From: Azolla caroliniana
Taxonomy: Eukaryota; Plantae; Polypodiophyta
Length of the DNA: 64,000 bases
Assembly: GCA_043228905.1 (NCBI GenBank)
Contig: JBHGNT010000002.1
Coordinates: 20,026,001 to 20,090,000, forward strand
Direction of reading: 5' to 3'
Shown here: positions 38,409-52,700 of the stretch, piece by piece
How the letters are laid out: each line of letters opens with the position of its first letter
How positions within the stretch are numbered: the stretch's first letter is position 1
Program-made: the position numbers and the translations under genes
The notes under the pieces: model-generated
Databases searched by the model: none
Told to the model about the DNA's origin: nothing
The model's input: the letters and a program-made list of their open reading frames with translations, nothing else

Positions 38409-40465
38409 TCTAGGAGTGTGAGGTTTTTCCTACCGACTAGCGGGGGTTTTACTCACATAATTTGTTTTATTTATTCTCTCCTTCTTTGTCTATAGCCATG
38501 AATAAGGCGAAGGAGAATCTTTTGTTTTATTGGTAACTTAGGGTTCACCATAAATGGTTCACCAAGAAGCAAGGGGGCGGGCTAAATGTGAAAATGATTT
38601 TAGAATTTAAGGTATTGGACACTACAAAAATATAAGGTAAGGAGCATTCACATCTAGAGGCCAAGAACACGAGCTAAGGTTTGGAGGATAAGTCAAACTA
38701 AAAGCAAGAAAGATGGAGAAAAGTAAAAGAAGAAAAAAGCGGGTCACCAAATCACAGTCTACAACGAACAATCATAACTCATTCTATTGGAGGCAAAATA
38801 TCATGTTCAAATATGGGTTAGAAAGCTTATGAAGAGAGCTATCCGTAGCTTTTTAAAGCTCTACATTTGGAGCTTGTATGAGGGAGATATGACAATTAGA
38901 AGATCGTTGTGTCATAACTAAGAATAGGAGACGGAAAACTTCTAAAAAAAGCGTAAAAAAGAAAGCAAGGGAAAGTTATCTAGTTTAGAAGACTTTTATA
39001 TAAAGGAAGAAGAGTAAGATAGTGAAAGTGGAGTCTCTTTTTTGTGATGATTTCTTTCCAATTCATGTAGTGTTGTTTGAATTCTTATCAATAGATATTT
39101 GTAGTTATATCTTCTTTCTCTCTTCCTTCTTTCATAATCAATAGATCTTTGTAGTTTTAGATTTATATATCTTCTTTATCTTTTCTTTCTATCATCACTC
39201 TTTCAGTATCCATTGTATCGTACATTTGCAAATGCAAGAAGATTTCTCAGTGAGGTAGGTGCATAGATAACATCATGTATTTCCAAGAAAACACCACTTG
39301 GAAGTTGGATAGTGACGGCGCCTCTTCCTTGTCCAATACAAGAAACAATTGTAGCCTTGATGTCGAAAGGGGCTTGATCTTAAACATGATGAAATAATTC
39401 TTTATGACATAGAATATTGTGTTGAGGCACAATCAATAAGACAAAGAAAACGGCTTGTACGCAAATCAATCATGTTGGCGCTGGGCTCAAATTCCAAAGG
39501 TTGATCCATAAAACTATATTCCAAGATTGGAATTGATGGTGAGATCGTTGATGATTCTACTACCATATTAGCCTCTGGTTTCCTAACTTGACCTTGTTTG
39601 CCATACTTCTGGTAAAGATCAACATGAAACTTAGAAGTTCGGCAAGTATTTGCCCAGTGCCCTCGTAAACCACATCGAAGGCATGAATTCGATGAAGGCT
39701 TATCTTGACTTGACGTTGATTGATGATGCATTGTCTTGACTTGATTACTTGTGGGATATTAATTCCTTTGTTGTTTTCTTCCTGTCCTTTCTCTTCCTCT
39801 CCCTTAACTCTGTGCATATGTTGCTCAGCGACAAGAAGTGCAAATAAAAGTTCAGCATAGGTTTTAGAATCACGATTACGATATTGTTCGGAAATATTAA
39901 AATTTGATGCATGAAAAGTAGTTACCGTTTTGTTGATTAGATTCGCCTCTTGAACAAGTTTGTCATGACCACAAAATTTAAGTTTAGAAATGATACTAAA
40001 TAGTGAGGAATTATATTCAGCAACTGTCGTGAAATCTTGAAAACGAAGTTGATTCCACTCATGCAAAGTGTTGGGGCCGAGAACAGTTCATTGATGATCA
40101 AAGCGGGCTTTGCGTTGCTTCTAGAGAGTTGTATAAGAGAATAAGGTAGATTTGTAAAAGAGAATAATTAATTGCTATGGTAGAGGCTAATCGTGCTGAT
40201 AATGTGTTATAGAATAGACTATTAAGCAAGATCAAAGAGTGATTAGATATTAATCAAGATCACTAATCACATATCAAGATAATCTCTAGATAGAGCTCAT
40301 AGGCTATGCTCTTCTCAATACATCCAAAATGATTGAGATACATGAGTTTATGACCCACAAGATGATGGGATGCATGGATACTATTTACATCATGAAGTCT
40401 TGTTAACTAAAGCTTAAGACTAAAATAGATATAGCATGACTCATTTCATGCATGAGTTCATAACA

Positions 40466-40626
40466 TTCTCTATTTTTTTTCAAAGACTTGTAACCTTTCT
40501 CTTGTACTTCCCTCTCATCATAGTGAAAGTTTGTTGGTCTGTGGTTTTCCCTGTTTTAGGGTTTCCACATAAATCTTGTGTAATGTGTATTTTATTGTTT
40601 TCAGTTTATTTTTCTTCTATGTATCA
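40466..40626 (+). mobile_element. 3' fragment of a Tork-like Copia LTR
   Basis: CATAGTGAAA...GTGGTTTTCCC...TTAGGGTTTCCAC(A)TAAATCTTGTGT...TATCA resembles the U5 ends of the 25358 and 62137 LTRs. Confidence 0.5.
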
Positions 40627-42771
40627 TTAGAGTCTATTTTGCTTGTTGATTTACGACCCTATCTAATACAACCGTCATATGAACAACGAACACTTCAACC
40701 TACCCACTTCTTCTGCCATCCTTTGATTCTCTGCAGGAGAAAGATAAAGGTCGATATCCTTCCTTTTCTGTCATCGATGACCTCCTCCATCGCCTTCTCT
40801 GGGATTGGACCAATGTCGTTATCGTCTTGTTCCACCATGACATTGTCCATGGCTTCCTTGATATTCGTTTCTGCATGTATCGTGTTCGGCTCCTCGCCTA
40901 TCTGCTTCGGGTCTGGATCTATACTTGTTCCTACTATTTCAACTAGAGGAAGCTTGACCATCCCTGTCTCCAAAAGATCACCGCCACTCTCATTGTTTTG
41001 CTCTTGCGTAATGAGCATCTAACACCTTCCTAACATTCTACCCGCTGTTGCCGAAGACCTGTCAAGTGCTTTCATTGGCCGACCCGGTCTCCTAGTAGTC
41101 ATTCCTTCATTCTAGCAACCACTCTCATCGTTGTCAGCTCCAAATATGTCTTTCCTCTCCCTCCTGTCTCTACACTCCTTTCACTCCAATGCCTATGTGT
41201 AGGTAGCTCCCGCTACTCTGTCATCTCTGCGATCGCGTTGATATATCATTCGCTAAACCCTAAACCACCATTTCTTCCAAGAATCATATAATATCTACTA
41301 TTACCATGTCAATAAATGATAATTGCATTCCTTGTCACATTTCATCCCAATACATAATCAAGATGTCTAAACATTTTATTTGGACATCTTGGTAACAATT
41401 ATGTTCCTTCCACCAAATTCCTTCCTTTCTTAACGGAGGAAAAACACACCATCGACATTCCCAAACAAATAAAAGGAAATAATATTGAGCCAAAGAAAAC
41501 AATGTTAATGCGTGAGGATTGACATTGGAGAGAGCTTCCTTTAAACAAAATTAAACTAACTTAAAAGTAAATAATTTCAAAGAAACTGAAGAATAATATT
41601 AATAAACCAAGATAAAATTGAGTTTAGGGAATAATAAAGTAAGAATCAAAAGTACTAGAATACCAGAAAATGAAAATTTCAAAGAATAAAAAAATACAAA
41701 CAAGATATTACGTGCATAGCACAATATAATCTTCTCCTTGTTTCTTTGAAAATGTTTGATGAATTAACACATCACAAGAAAAATGCATGACAATTTCATT
41801 GAATAAATACTATAATTTATAGCTATTCATATGCCCAATTGCTCTTTGTTTTCTCAAAAATGAAATCTTATTCACCAACTTAGAGAAGCCCTTGTTGGAA
41901 AGCTCATGCAAACAAAGCATACTCCACCAAAGAAATGGATCAAATGAACATAAGAAGGAACTACAATACCACACTATGCACACAATTGAATGTGATAATG
42001 ACCTTTTTATTTGTTGAATTATTTGAGATGTAGGGCCAAAACGCCGAGGATTAATAGTAAATCATGATAAAAACATTCGCCTTTTTATACAAATGCCCAT
42101 TTATTCATAAACGAACGGTCATAGAATCTTCTTTAAAAAAAGAAGCATTGACAATTTATCAAAAAACCACACAATTATGTTATAACTTATAATTCCCAAA
42201 ATATTAGTCTATTTTAATAAATTCTCAAAAACCCAATTAGGGATTTTGGTAAAGGTGAGTGGCATTTGGGTAATAACGCCTACATATCTACAAAGAAACT
42301 TACCCATGCTATTCAACACAACACCTGAATCATCACGATACATGAACTAATGATCTTGCTAACCAATCGGGGTTTACGTGGAGCAGACAATACTTCTCAC
42401 ATCACTTATTATGTGTGATCTATGGGACCATAGTGAGATGAATTCAACAATGATTTGTTAGAAGGGTTATCCAAGAAAGATACAGAAGGCCCTTCGATCC
42501 CAAGGAGTTTTATGGTATTCTCTTCTCCAAAAGCTGATAAGTTTTTGGCCATGTCTCCGAATGAGCCGGGTGAATGGAAGTCTGAAGATTAGCACACATC
42601 TCCATTGTGTTGAAGAAGGGCACCTAAGAGATAAAGAAAACTGAGGGGCATCCATGAAATAAAGGAAAAAAGCTCAGGAGTATGTATTTGTAAGAGATTT
42701 TGAATACACAACGAGAGAGAGACAGAGTCAGAGAGAGAAAGAAAGAGAGAGAGAGAGAGAGAAAGAGAGCT

Positions 42772-45700
42772 ATGTCTTCAGGGCTGAGATTAATTGATGG
42801 TTCTCAGATAGCTTCTCTTCTCTCCTCCATCTATGATGAAGATCCGCAATTTGACCATATATTTGATGAAGCTCGAGGCCACCATGGCTCTAATAATCAA
42901 GTGGAACACAAGCAACAACAAGGGGACGAAGACATGGTGGATTCTTCCCAATTCCTTTCTGTCGCCATGTCTCTCATCAATCAAGCTAATGGTGGAACTG
43001 AGATCCCATCAAAGATTATGGATGAGGCTCTTCAAAGCACACAAATGAATCTCCTTTTTCATGGCGATGGTGAGGATGATGATAAGAAGAAGAACAATGT
43101 CGTCATGATGGATCGTCCTACCTTTGCATCGAAATTAGGCGATCTTCTTCGATCTATAGTCTGTTCTTTGCAAGGTAACTTAATGGAGATTCACATTTGA
43201 TTGTGATGATCTACTTATGTGTATGTGTATGCGAGACAGAGAGATGATAATAAAATATCCCTAAAACCCAAAACTGGTTAACTTAAACCCAAAATGTTGG
43301 TGGAGAGATCATAAATATGTACCTCAGTCTTTTAGGTAATTTGGTAAGGAGATCCAGAAGGTCATTTCTTCAACCATTACGATCATTTTCTCAATCAATC
43401 CCTACATCCCACGTGATCATGTAGTAACATTGGTAAGATTTGAATCCAGGTCTATCAGTTAATAAAAATACAGTTTGGAGCCTGCCACAAAGATCATTCT
43501 GTAAAGGTTTTGATGCAAGTTTATGGGTTCATAAAATACATCTTGAAGAATAAAAGGCATGCATTCATTCAACTCTGACTTTCCAGTTTCCACACGTTCA
43601 GATGGGCTTTTTGGACTACATGGTTTGAAGAGCAAAAGTTCATGTTAGTTTAGGCCCCACTTTCCACGATATCATGTCGTAAACGGGTTGTATTTCAAAC
43701 CAAGGTCACTGGCTAATACTAACAGCTAAGTGTAGCCTTAACATAGAGAAATATTTCTCTTTATGAAGTGCTATGTACGTCCATCAAGTGGACATTCTCT
43801 TTCTTTCATCTGCTCTTTGTTCTGACCCATTCTCATCTTGGTGAGTAGTTAAGCAGATGGTTTTCCTGAGTTCCCACCCAACGCCTCTTGTGAAGATGGC
43901 GACAAGTTTGTTGTCCATAAGGACAGAAAATTTAGCGTCGCGATATTGTTTTCTAAATCCATTTCCCAAGAATAGTGATATTAAATTTCAATGTGCTTCA
44001 CTTGTGCATGGGAACACCAAACGCACTTTAGGTATAAAAGCTTTTCCCTCATTCTGATGGACGAATCCTGTATCTGGGAAAGGGAAAGCCCCTAACTGGC
44101 CAAAATATTGATGATAGAGTTTAAATAATATGCATTATCAAAGTGGAATTGCAACCTTTTATATGATTCCTTTGTTTTTGTTAAAGATCTACTTTCTACT
44201 TGCTTGATTTTGAAAATAAATCGATTTTTTGCGGATTTTTTTAAACAGAAAATCCATTGGTTGTGTCGATTATGGATGGATCTGCTATAAAAGCATCATT
44301 GGAGGATGAGGATGATTTCGCAATGCTTGCAGAGAACATATTTACAGATTTGGATGTAGAGGACAGTGGGAAGATTAGTTCAAATGCATTCCGCACAGCA
44401 TTGCAAAACATGGGATTGGAGATGGGTGTTCCTGATCCATCAGGTTAAGAACCTTTTCATTAGGTTCTTATAAATTTCTCATTGTTTTGGCATACTGGTT
44501 ATCCTTTTCTTCTTGTGTTTTGTAATTTTTGTCTTTCTCCATGTTCTTCGTGCATATTATAATGTATGTATAATCTAATCTAACAAAAAAAAGGATTCTG
44601 GTTCTTTTTGGAAAACAAACCCAATTTCTGCTTTTGGGACTTTGCAGCAACAATAGAAGCAGAAACTGTGATTTCATCCATCTTGAAAAAGCATCTTTCT
44701 GGAGAGGAAGTAGATATAGGTCAAGCACGATTTGCTGAGCTTCTTCAAGCAATTCTTGAAGATCTTGCAGAAGCTCTTACAGTAAATCCAATTGCGGTTA
44801 CATTAGATCTGAACGTGAACAATGGATTTCAAATACAGAAGGTAAATCGTTCTATTGCACATGAATTTATATAGTTTTTTTACCATAATGTTTATCTCAA
44901 GTTAAAATCTGTAGAAATAATAAATTCCAATACAATGATGAAAATAGAAGAAAGGTTGGCCTACAATTATGGAAGCATATTAAAATGAGGAGTTTAGTGA
45001 AACAAGCAATAGCTGTAACTGAGGACATATTATATATTATGGTCAATAGAGATTGGTGTTAGGCCAGCCACTAAATATTTTCTGGGGAAGAATGAGGTTA
45101 CCAAATCCATGGCAAAAATATAGTCTAGGTTCAATGGATTTCAACATTTTTTTATCGCATGTAATGCCAACTGTATCCAACAAGCTGGAAATTTCGAATG
45201 AAAACATGCAGATATTCGAAAGAATATAACATTTCCAATAGTTTGCCATTCATTGCATGACTACTATCTACTATGGTGTTTAGAATGGACATCAAAAAGA
45301 AAAATGGATTGAAGTTGAAAGTTTTTCTCTTTCAACTAAAAACTCCTTAAATAATCTGTAAAAATCGAAGTGGTATTAGGTTAGCAACTCAAAAATCCTT
45401 AAATAATCTGGAAAAACCGAAGAGGTATTTAGCGTTGTAACAACTGGTTGAAGAGGTGTAGCTTTATAGCTAAACTTGCTACTATAATTTTGAATGACTA
45501 CAGTTGCTAGATGATGGAGAACGCTTTTCCAAGGTAGCAGACAACATGTTTGACGAGTTTGATACTAACAAGGACGGAATGCTTGACAAAAATGAACTAA
45601 AACTTCTTCTCGAGACGAGAGGTGAAGAATGGGGCTTGCCTTCAAAAGACTCTAATGAGCATATGGAACAACTTTATAATGAATTGTTCTCGTTGTGTGA

Positions 45701-45815
45701 TGTGGACAAGAGTGGTGAAATTGAGAAGGTAGAATTTCAGGTACTTTTAAGAGAGATTTTTGAGACCTTTGCAGTGCAATTGAAGTCGACTCCAATTTTT
45801 ATGAGCTCGAAATAA
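42772..45815 (+). CDS. EF-hand calcium-binding protein, 367 aa (resembles the Arabidopsis At5g28830-type family, from memory)
   Basis: GT-AG exons are 42772-43174, 44249-44443, 44648-44841 and 45504-45815, totalling 1104 nt in frame. Family motifs are LEDEDDFAMLAENIFTDLD...MGLEMGVP and GQARFAELLQ. EF loops are DTNKDGMLDKNE and DVDKSGEIEKVE. Confidence 0.9.
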
Positions 45816-46782
45816 CCTTCATTCATTGAGCTGAGTGTTTATTGGCTCCTAATATGCCTGGCAAATTAAATTCTAAAGAGTGGGAAAATAATTTACAGAA
45901 GTTAACTCCATGATTTCTATAACTTTGCAGCAAACTTTACCAGTATTTTTATTGAGGAAGACATTGTGATCCTTCCTCAAGTTATTCTTTCTGTGTTTTC
46001 TAGACTTAATTTTTACCAAATTTTTTTCTCAAAAGCTTAATTGGTTTACATCATTGCAGCAAGCCTTGCCAGCATTTTATTTGAGAAAACGATAAATGCC
46101 TCAAGATCTGATACACTTACAAGAACTTCCACAATTTCTTTAAAGCTAAAGTTGGTTTCCATGATTCCACCAAAGCTTTAACAGCACGTTGTTTGACTCA
46201 GGACTTATCCTTGCTTGAGTTTGTTCGTATAGACATTATAATCAGAAATTTATTGTTCCCCATTTCGTTTTTGACTACTGCATTTGCTTTTTGAGTCCAT
46301 AAATTTATTCATTACAGATTGAAATATTATGTTCACGTCCATCCCTCTGATGATTCATAATTTGTTCACTTTTAGTATCCCTACCAGCAATTAATTGAGG
46401 TTTTAGTCCTTGTTTATCATTACAAAAAACTGCGCATCCAAAAAGGTGAGAATTGTATGAAAGAAAAAACTCAATGTGTAAAAGATAGGATACAGATATA
46501 CACAGCAAAGCAAGACATCTGCAATATGCTTTGGTAAGTTGAGATTATCAATAAATGTTCATTTAAAGGGCCTTCATACACCAATAAATGTTGAGAGATT
46601 TCACTCTTGTGAACTGAGTGAAAAAAATGCCACTTACAAAGCAAATAAGATTTCCTCAGCCACTAAAAAATAGAGAAGGGGGGAGCCGAGAAAGAATTTT
46701 TTTATATTATGTATGAAGGAGAATTACCTTTTCATACATTTCTGAATAGTATAATACTACAATTCTTATCATGGTATTTGTG

Positions 46783-49700
46783 TTATAATGAAGAGATGGG
46801 ATTCCTTGTGTAAACCCTCTCTAATTCAAGGTGTGGTACCTCTTTACGTTCCATGCCCAATGCTGACGAACCATCTGCACTGGGTTTAGTCTCTGGATTT
46901 GTGATGGTTGGGTAATTGTTGCACTGAAAGTGCTTCTCCAACCACCTATCCATCTCCCACAGCACATGCATGATACTCTCCCTTGCACTGAAACCATGGC
47001 TTTCCAGTGGAAGAATAACAAGACGACACGGCACACCATGACCTTTCAAAGCAGCATAAAATCTTTCTGACTGAAAACAAGAAAAGCCATATGATTGCAG
47101 TGGCACCATACACAAATTATACTAAAAAGTATGTTTTTTAAGGCTTCTCTTTTGTTCGTTATTGTATTTGTTCTTTTTTCTATAAAAGCAACAGAATGAT
47201 GCAATATAATGGCACTATACCTGCAAAGTTAGTGTTCCTGAATTGCTGTCCTCCTCTCCATGAATTAGAAGAAGAGGTTTCTTTATTTTGTTGGCCAACA
47301 TAAATGGACTCATGCTGATATATGTTTGTGGTGCTTCCCATAGAGTCCTCTCCTCATTCTGCAGCATCATCACAGTTCGTTTTAAGACTCGAGAGCTGAT
47401 TAAGCGGAGAGAATGAAAAACCTCTTGCTACGAGGAGACATCACAACCATGATCTCTATGTCAAGAAAAACTGCAGCAAAGAAGAGTTCCTGGATGGAGG
47501 CCACAAGAAGATAATGGCTGAGATCCAGGAGAGTGCTGATTCAGGAGAATTATGTCATTATATTAATTCTCCATCTAAAGAATCCTGGTTAAAGGCCACA
47601 AGGAGATAAAGGAGATCCAGGAGAGCCCTGATTCAGGAGAATTATATTATCATATAATTCTCCATCTAAAGAATCCTGGCAAGAGGCCACAATGAGATAA
47701 TGGCTGAGATCCAGGAGAGAGCTGATTCAGCTCCAAAATATCATCACATAAAAACATAAATACTTCATAAATATTTATGGTTGGAGAATAAACACAAGTG
47801 CTTGTATTCTTCACATCATTGTATTAAGATACCATGACCATGAGCTCTATGTTGAGACAGAACTGCATCAAAGAAGAGATAATTCTCTATCAAAAAGACC
47901 CTGGCTGTAGACCATAAGGAGATAATTGGCTGAGATCCAGGAGAGATTAAGATAAAAAAAATTCAGATGATTGATTGTTGTCAGGTTGTTACTAAATGAC
48001 AGTCTCAAATTGAATGTCTCCAAAACCTAACCTACTAATCTAAGGAAAAACTGTGAAACTCATCACAGACTGCTTTATATAAAATATTCATGTTATTTCA
48101 GGTCTTCCCTTAGTGATTGTATGAAATTTGGTTGTATTTCTTCATTTTGCTCTAGCTGTTTTGGATCATCGATGTATCTTTTCTCACCTGAAATCCGAAG
48201 GGAGTCAAGGTTCGATTGTATGCACCAGCACGAGCAATACCACAACAAAACAAGTGGGGAGCATGTGCGAGCAAATTAGCTGTCATAAACGCCCCATATG
48301 AATGACCACCAACAGCTACACACCCTGCTCGAGCTACCTAATAAAGTCAATAAGAAATAAGAATATTCCTTAAAAGATAGAATAATGTTAAGATTAATCA
48401 TAACAGAAAGTCTCACTCAAATTTAGAAGTCTGGCATATATCCTAAGACAAATCATACATACCCCTCTCTGAATGACTTCATTGACTGCAGCCTCAGCAC
48501 TAGCCACAAGCTGCTCAACATACCTGCAAACAGAGTGTGCAACATTCAAGGGAACATCTCTGCAAAGAGTGGAGCTTCTTCATTTTAAAGGAAAAATGTG
48601 TGATAAAGACCTGTCATTCGCCTCTTCATTTCCCTCTCCAACAATTGGAATTGTAGGCCCATCTAATACTGCAAATCTATATATTAAACAGGGGAGCCTC
48701 AATAATACCAGTGGAAAGTAAAACGAGTTTACGATCAAATGAAAATATTGTTAATGATTGATACTCACCCTCTGGCCAGCCACAAGAGAGGCGAAGTTGC
48801 TCCAATACCTGCAAACTCGTTGGGTGAACCACGAATTTGCCCTGCCATATCTTTGTTTTTAAATTCCCCGGGATATGACCACACCAGAAGCGGCAAAGGG
48901 CCATCCTTTGTTGGTTCATATTGTGGAGGAGTATAAAGTATTGCACTGAGTTGCACACCATCTTCTCTTGAGTACTTTATAAGTTCTTTCTTCAGGTCAA
49001 CTAACTGCGGATATGGATGTGGAAAGTTGGTTATTTGCTTTACCCTGTGATCTGGCCAGTATAGCATGAAGTACTGAGGGCGTTCTGTCTGTGACTCTTT
49101 TGAAAACAAGATTTTGAGTCCATCATATTCTAGATCAGAATCAGAATAATCAGACATGAGTGAAACCACTGATTCATAGTATTTTTCTTTGGGGCTTTGC
49201 CAAATGCGCTCTTTTTCCTTTGTGTGGCTGCAATATAAAGAAATAATCAAATCAGGAAGTGCCTACAAATATCTCAGTTAAAAAGCAGATGACACTGGAA
49301 CTGGGTTGAAATTACATACGGATCTAAAAGATCAAGGAAGGGAATATCTCCCTCAGGAGTGGCCCCATTCCCATTCAGAAGCAAGTACTTCTTTCCATCA
49401 TTCTTTCGAACCCATGCAAGGACGTATGTTCCAAGTGATGTTCTTCTCAACATTGGTGAACCAGGATTAGAATAAGCATCCTCTGATGATCTGTCAAACA
49501 AAATGTGTGGCTCTTGCTTGATTTCGGGAGAAATTATCCAGGTCCTTGTCTTCCTTGTCTTATACCATGATTCATACACTAATGCAAATGAATCATCTCC
49601 CCAAACAATTCCCCTACAAAGAACAAGCTGAAATGAAAACATTTAAAGGAAATAGACATCAGTTCTCCAGGATAGCTTAAAAGCTTCATACCCATAACGT

Positions 49701-52700
49701 AAATCAAGCTGATGAAGTATTTTCACATCTTCATCACTTTCTGATTCTGCATTCTGAGTGTATATAATATCACGAGGTGAAACCTCAACTCTTGCATCTC
49801 CGCCATCTTGTGTCTCAACCCTAGTTCAAAAACACACAAAGCCAGAGGGATATACAATCCCAAATGACTGAAAATTAACACTCCCTTACTTACACATTTT
49901 CAACTTGCACTACAAATTACTTCTCTTGTATTTGCAAAAAGAAGCACTTCATGTCTAAAGAGGCCAACAAATATAGAGCAACACAGGCCAATAACTGACC
50001 AATAAAGCGATGACTCCTTGTCTGATCGCCACCCAACAGATCGCTTCCCTTTCCTAACACTGTTGAATGCTATTGGAATATCTTCTGCAAGAGGAAGACT
50101 GCAAATCTCTCTCACAAATTCCCCAGTCTTTCGCCATAGCTCAGTCTTCTGTGGAAACCGTCCACATGGGACTGTGAATGAATAAGGCTTCTGTATTGTT
50201 GATACAAGAAGATATTTTCCGTCAGGCGATGGCTCAACAGAAGTGTAGATTGCCGGTGACTGAAATGGTGTTACAACGCCATCCAAAGAGACAAGGACAA
50301 GTTGTGAAGTAGCATAATAGTCAAACAAATCTTCGTCGTGCTTATCTTTTAAAAGATCTTGATATGTGCGAGCTTGAACAACTTTTCCCACTTCGTTTGT
50401 TTGTATCTTTGGACTGCTTGGAATTCTGGGCTTCTTTGGTACTTCCCCTCGGTTGCTCGGAACCGTAAATGCAAGCAAAGTTGAGTCATCTAGCCATGTG
50501 TATCTGCAATTTTGTATATTACATGTGTGAAATCTGTTTGTTCCCTGATGTTTGGAATAAAAACTCACAACTTATAATTCATATTCAGATAAGCATGTGA
50601 AATCTGTTTCATGTTGGGTTAAGAATTAAAAGATTAAAAAACTCACGAATCGAAAATTGTATTCAGGCTAAGTTCAGGTGGGCCAAAAAGCTTTCGAGCT
50701 TGTCCAGTAGAGATTTCTGCTACCCATAAGCTCAGCATACTGGACCCATCTTCTTCCTAGATAGGCATGTTATTAGAATGCTTGCAGATGATGAAAGTTA
50801 GATTACACTTTATAAACTCTTTCTCACAAACCTGGTTTCCTCCTCGCACACCAAATGCCAAGTGGCGACCATCTTTTGACCTGCATTTGGCAGATAAATA
50901 AGAGTTAAAATATTGGGATATTCTTGAGCTATGATGTACTCAACAGAAAGAAAGAGTCCAGTACACAATGGTGATGTACTACGAGAAGGTTGCATCACAC
51001 AAAAAAGGGTTTAGTATAGTATACCATGATATAAAGTTGATTTTCACTGATTCTGGGAGCCCCACAATTTCTAGTTCTTCACCTAAGCTACCATCTTCCA
51101 AAAGAGAGTGAACAGTAATTCCAGTGTAGAAAGACCTGCAAAACCATGTATTTTCAAATAGGTGAACAAAAAAACAACGATAGTTCATTTATAGTCAATG
51201 ACAAAAGCCAAAAGAATCTAAATTGTCAGGATTTGAGCACACATGATAAAAGCTGCAAGGATTGAAACTCGATTACTGGTATGTCGGAAATTAATGTTGA
51301 CTCAAGCCTCACTAGAATTATAGTTTAGAAGGAATGAGAAATCAAGACTCCTTCAGGTGCTTACAGGACTTCTGATCCAGCATTAATTTTAAGTGATCTC
51401 TATGCTTCCAAACCTGCACTCTCTGCAACTTGCTAATAGCTACTATTTTAGTTCGAGATTCCCAATTCGAGGAATTGGCCACTAGCATATGGGTTATAGG
51501 TGAGCACCATAAAGTTCGCTAATAAAAATCAAACAGTAGCTAACAAATTTCCTAGAACCTTTCAACACTATAGTAGTGTGGTGTCCCAAATTCTTAAAAT
51601 TGTCAGAATGTATTGAAGTTTGTAAATAAATGTATGTATTAATCTGGTGGCCACACAATTCAGTATGCATGACATGTTTATGCGATATGATCAGATTCAG
51701 ACAGCTTATAATGGCTTGATTTCTCATTGCAGCACCATATTCTTTACTCGGCTTCAAAGGATAAACAAAACACATGGACAAACATAATAAAGATGGTAAA
51801 AGAACTTGTGATGAAATTTATTTAGTAGAAAACACAGTACACTGTAGACAAACTAGACACCTGTTGGAGGAAAGTAAGGTTTGCCTGGTGTACTAGTTGG
51901 ACAGGAGAATTTCATTTGGTAGAATTTCACATAGATACAGCACGAATTTATTATGTCATGTGTAAGGACGACACTAAATGTAAAGGTGAAATTGCCATTT
52001 TAGATACAATAAACAAAAACATAGTGCCATTAGTGGACATGTACACTCTTGAATATATACAGCATCACAAATTTTCTTGATCTCGAAAAGTAGCATAGAT
52101 GTAGACATGCAAAAAAATGACATGTTAAGGTGAAACAACTAAATTATTTCAGATTGCATACTTTCTTGCTCATGATGGTATTCAATTAAACAAATAAGAT
52201 GCTGTGCTTTAATTTTAAGAGGGAGAAAACCCCAAATCTACAAAAACAATGAGAGTTGTATCAATTTCATTTCAGTGGTAGAAAGGGTAAAAATATCTCT
52301 ATGTTTTGGAATCATGATGAATGAATAAACCGATAACGAACACAATGATAATCCTGATGCATCTTTTTTAAGAATAATGGATGTTATGCATGGTTCTTTA
52401 ACGACATTTTTGGAAGAGAGCATTTGATTCAAGAAGTCTGTTGCATTAGGAACAGATTGGGCAAGTGTAACGATAAAAAACAATCAAGAATTGGAACTAG
52501 GATGGCAGTTGATTGTCCTTTCATAACTATGCATTGTGTAGCCCTTCACACAAATCATTGTTCATCAGAGAATATAGAGAGTTGCTCCTCGTTGTCGACA
52601 AGTGTATAAAAGTAAAAAGAATTACAAGAGCCATTTGAATGCTCCATCATTCAATTTGAGAAAATTCTTTTGATTTAAAGGTTGAATAGGTTATTAGTCT

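Larger units (their letters stand above)
27074..39205 (+). mobile_element. Non-autonomous Gypsy G3 (non-chromovirus-like deletion derivative) with an internal inverted repeat; interrupted by G4
   Basis: LTRs are at 27074-27696 and 38587-39205, and the TSD is GTATC (27069-27073, 39206-39210). The PBS-like TGGCGCTCCAGGGAGGG (possibly tRNA-Asn-like) is at 27700, with a purine tract before 38587. There is a gag-like ORF at 27903-28610 and RT remnants such as FVSPIVVVPK at 37348-38082. Confidence 0.88.
25900..40465 (-). mobile_element. Degenerate Bianca-like Copia C5, host of the 27074-39205 nest
   Basis: The 5' LTR at 40205-40465 is followed by the Bianca-type half-tRNA-Met PBS (CA)TTATCAGCACGA. 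Gag HEWNQLRFQDF...LLVAEQH, CLRCGLRGHWANTC and protease CLIDCAST lie at 39206-40100. Integrase WHDRLGHP...IHGDIHGPVHPPSGPF lies at 26397-27062. The left boundary is approximate. Confidence 0.8.

Noticed and set aside
40630-41270. Acidic 107-aa minus-strand ORF region, possibly a decayed DNA-transposon or gene fragment
   Set aside because: No recognisable motif, TIR or splice structure was found, so no call can be supported.
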